A stretch of 64,000 nt of DNA from Mytilus edulis (taxonomy: Eukaryota), in contig NC_092348.1 in NCBI RefSeq assembly GCF_963676685.1, forward strand, positions 19,654,001 through 19,718,000, written 5' to 3'. The stretch's first letter is position 1. Each line of letters begins with the position of its first letter. The notes beneath the pieces were generated by a model. It was not told where the DNA came from and made no database searches. It was given only the letters and a program-made list of their open reading frames with translations. The position numbers and the translations under genes are program-made. Shown here piece after piece: positions 61,075-64,000 of this stretch.

Positions 61075-61092
61075 TGGTAGTGCGGGTGGTTC
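61075..61092 (+). promoter_or_regulatory. Putative primer-binding site
   Basis: TGGTAGTGCGGGTGGTTC directly after the LTR CA; only a partial match to the tRNA-iMet-type PBS TGGTAGCAGAGGATGG. Confidence 0.45.
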
Positions 61093-61523
61093 GGACACAC
61101 ATGGTGTGACCTAGTTAGCCATTTTGGTCAGGGGATTCTGACCAGGTGCAATCAAGCGTGATTGGCAGAATTAATTTGGCTATTCTGAGACTTTGCAGTT
61201 GGGATTAGGCTTAAAAGAAGAGCTTTAGAAGCGGTACCAAGCGTTGTATGATAAGTTTTTCACTGTCTGTGAAGGTTTTCAAACTTTGTTCAAGTCATTG
61301 ATTTTTTCAGATTGAGTCTCGCGTGATTTCGTGTGACAAGGTAACAGCGATACTTGAGATCAATACCGGAAGTGATTTCCGTGATTTGTTTACATATGCA
61401 ATACACATCTTTGCTATTTGTAAACGGCATTTAAATCAATAAAGACTTGTTTTTTATTTTGTTATTGTTTTGTCATTTATTTATAGTGAAAGTATCACTG
61501 AATATAGGTTAATATTCAGCACA

Positions 61524-64000
61524 ATGAGTGGGTTTAAAATCAAAATAAACTCCAGTCCGGAGTCTGTTCTCCTACATGTACCTGGCATTGGTACGGCTAC
61601 TGCTCGTAGAATTATAGTAATGAGAAATAATGGCATAACAATTACACCAGAAATATTGGCCCAAATACCATATATGAAAAAATAAAATGTCCCTTGTGTC
61701 CGATATGATTGATTTTTCTCCTTGTGAATTCAATGACATGGACAATGTTGATGTCAGGTATCAAGGTCAGCCACATGAGTCACAAGACTATGAGACAGAT
61801 ACACATGTAAAATCACACGAGGGAGGGGCAGCAAATTTTGTGTCCACACCCTTCACCCCGGGTACTATTAGACGGGAAATTGCTCATTTGCAAGAATTTA
61901 ACACCGATACACAGAGGTGGATAGACCAACACGGTTCCACACAGGCACCTGTCCAGGGGGGTGAAATTTATCAAAAACCTTATTTAAATCAACCGGTTTT
62001 TTCTGACTCGGAGATTGCCATGGATACAGTGTGGAATTCGCAGGTTGATCGCACGTCAATGAGATCCATGCCCTCATGCATTGAGGAAAATGAATATCCA
62101 ACCCAAGAGATGGACCGTTGCAGAATTTTTGAAGATAATCTGTCCTGTAGTGAGGAATCGTTACTTCCCAGCCGAACTTTACAACCAGAAGTAATTGACC
62201 CAGCATACGGACCACATTATGTAGAATATGAACCGTCAGATAAGCCAGATTTGCCAAGTCTAGATCGGTCTATGAGTATTCAGCATGATAGCACCACTAT
62301 GATAGAGGTTCAGCTGAATCAACAACCAAGGTTAGTGGGTGAACATTGTACAGAGTACGAGTCGTCAACTGCTATGAAAGAGCAACATTTCGAGAACACC
62401 CACCTCAACGACAGGTTCCAACAGAGCCAGACTAGGGAACCAATCAATCAGCGCAGTAGGTTGTTAGAAAATTCTGTCAACTATATTCAACCGCCACAAC
62501 CAACAGTTCAACTGCCTGTTGAACATACAGTCAACTTCAACCAACGTCAACAAGCTGTTCAACTACCTGTTGAACGTATCAACCAGCGTCAACAAGCTGT
62601 TCAACTACCTGTTGAACAGGTCATCAACCACAACCAACAAAGACAGCAAGCTGTTCAACTCCCTGTTGAACATAATGACAACTACCCGCGATCCAATATT
62701 AGAGCCATTCATCTACTTGGTGGCCATACAGTCACCAACACACAATCAATTCAACAATCAACCCGGCATACCATTAGCAACGTACCACATCAATCACACG
62801 GCACATCCGTGCTTAGCGGACAATTGCCTACTCAACAAGGTTTCAACAGGTCACCTCCGACTGTTGCCAACCAACCAATCAACCACAGGGCTACAGGTCA
62901 ACAACCACCTCAACCCAACATCAACAGGTCAAACCCTTTACCTGCACTTAGGTCTACACCACCCGTCAGGGAAAGGGAACCTTATCAACAACTTCCACCG
63001 ACCGCCAACAGGGCCAATCAACCACCCTGTCCCAGGTCAACAGGTCAACTACAGTCAACTAGACAACAAAACTATACCTTTCCAGTCGGTACAGCCGGAC
63101 AACAAAACAGAGTGATTGATAATCAACAACATCAACCACCGATCAGCCATCCAGTTAATACACCACATATCAACAGCCATGTTCCACCGACACAACAATT
63201 TAACAGAACAGGTCTATACCAACCTAACACCAACCAGTCAGGTTTTCAACAACCACTCAACAACACAATGGGTCAGCAGAGCAACCGCCTCAGGCCATAC
63301 ATAACCAACAGGAAGTTTACAGGCAACAACCAGTGCAACATCTCCAAAATGTTACTGCACCTATACATCAGACTCAACAGCCATTTGGAAATATACCATA
63401 TCAGCAAGGGAGGCCCTATCAGCCTTCAACAGCACCAAATATTGTACAAGGAATGACTCAATCAGGGTATTATGACACAGCTCCACACTTGCCAGTGTAC
63501 CCACAACAACAGCTGTACAATAACCGTCCACACACTCAGTTTCAGGATCAACGCAGTATGTCTAGTATTACGAGCTGCTCAAATAGTGATTCTGATTCAT
63601 CTAGTTCTACATCAGGGGTAGTGTATCGTCGGAGTCGTCATAAGAGTAGAAGCAACAAAACACACTCTAGACTCAGTATATCAAGCAGACATGTTTCACC
63701 AGTGGAGGAGGAGGCTAGTGAACACTCATCGCCACACCGAAAGAATTCAGGCAAGAAGCATGACAAAAGGAGGTCAGACAGACATGGTCAGTCGGAAACG
63801 GATGGTCACCATTCCTCAAGCAACCGTCATAGAGCGAAGCCAGCTCCAATGAAACAGGACAAGAAATTTTTCTTTTCGGTGCCTAAGAACCTTAAGTACA
63901 CAGGGAAAGGCAACTGGAAGGCATTTTACACAAAGTTCACCGGGTACGCTGAGGCTGCCGGTTGGACGGACAAACAAAAACGAGAACAGCTTTGTTGGTG
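61524..64000 (+). CDS. gag: Ty3/gypsy Gag with N-terminal helix-hairpin-helix domain, long Q/P/N-rich spacer, Ser/Arg-rich segment and capsid N-terminus; two frameshifts; runs off the window
   Basis: KINSSPESVLLHVPGIGTATARRIIVMR (HhH). +1 shift in an A6 run at ~61680 into ORF 61687. -1 shift at ~63280 into a frame open to the window end, reading VPKNLKYTGKGNWKAFYTKFTGYAEAAGWTDKQKREQLCW (gypsy-type capsid start). Confidence 0.75.

Overview
AT-rich, repeat-dense animal DNA. The repeat families, minimal hammerhead ribozymes and HINE-type array resemble a bivalve (Mytilus-like) genome; this is an inference. The host genes are five serpins with single-exon CDSs. One divergent, very basic serpin with a Cys-cluster tail lies on the - strand (29.4-30.8 kb). 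Four tandem paralogues lie on the + strand (36.1, 44.8, 52.9 and 58.3 kb), and the last is broken by a 316-bp PIF/Harbinger-type MITE. The paralogues vary mainly at the reactive-centre loop (RCL) and two neighbouring loops. The rest is a nest of mobile DNA. (i) A decayed Ty3/gypsy pol is split by a ~5-kb Penelope-like element (PLE) with an N-terminal GIY-YIG domain (Naiad/Chlamys architecture) and ~630-bp direct pseudo-LTRs. (ii) About ten type-I hammerhead copies of three families occur, including a tandem retrozyme-like array with a 361-nt period. (iii) Several TIR elements are present: Kolobok-like, piggyBac-like, Harbinger-like, and a CAC..GTG element with a 5-bp TSD. (iv) A 502-bp higher-order HINE-type array sits next to an assembly gap. 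(v) At the right edge is the 5' LTR and gag of a gypsy element whose Gag starts with a ComEA-like helix-hairpin-helix domain. The most novel-looking signals are a covarying, pseudoknot-like RNA motif shared by the PLE 5' leader and the retrozyme copies, and the HhH-Gag fusion. No database searches were run, so family names rest on motif recognition.
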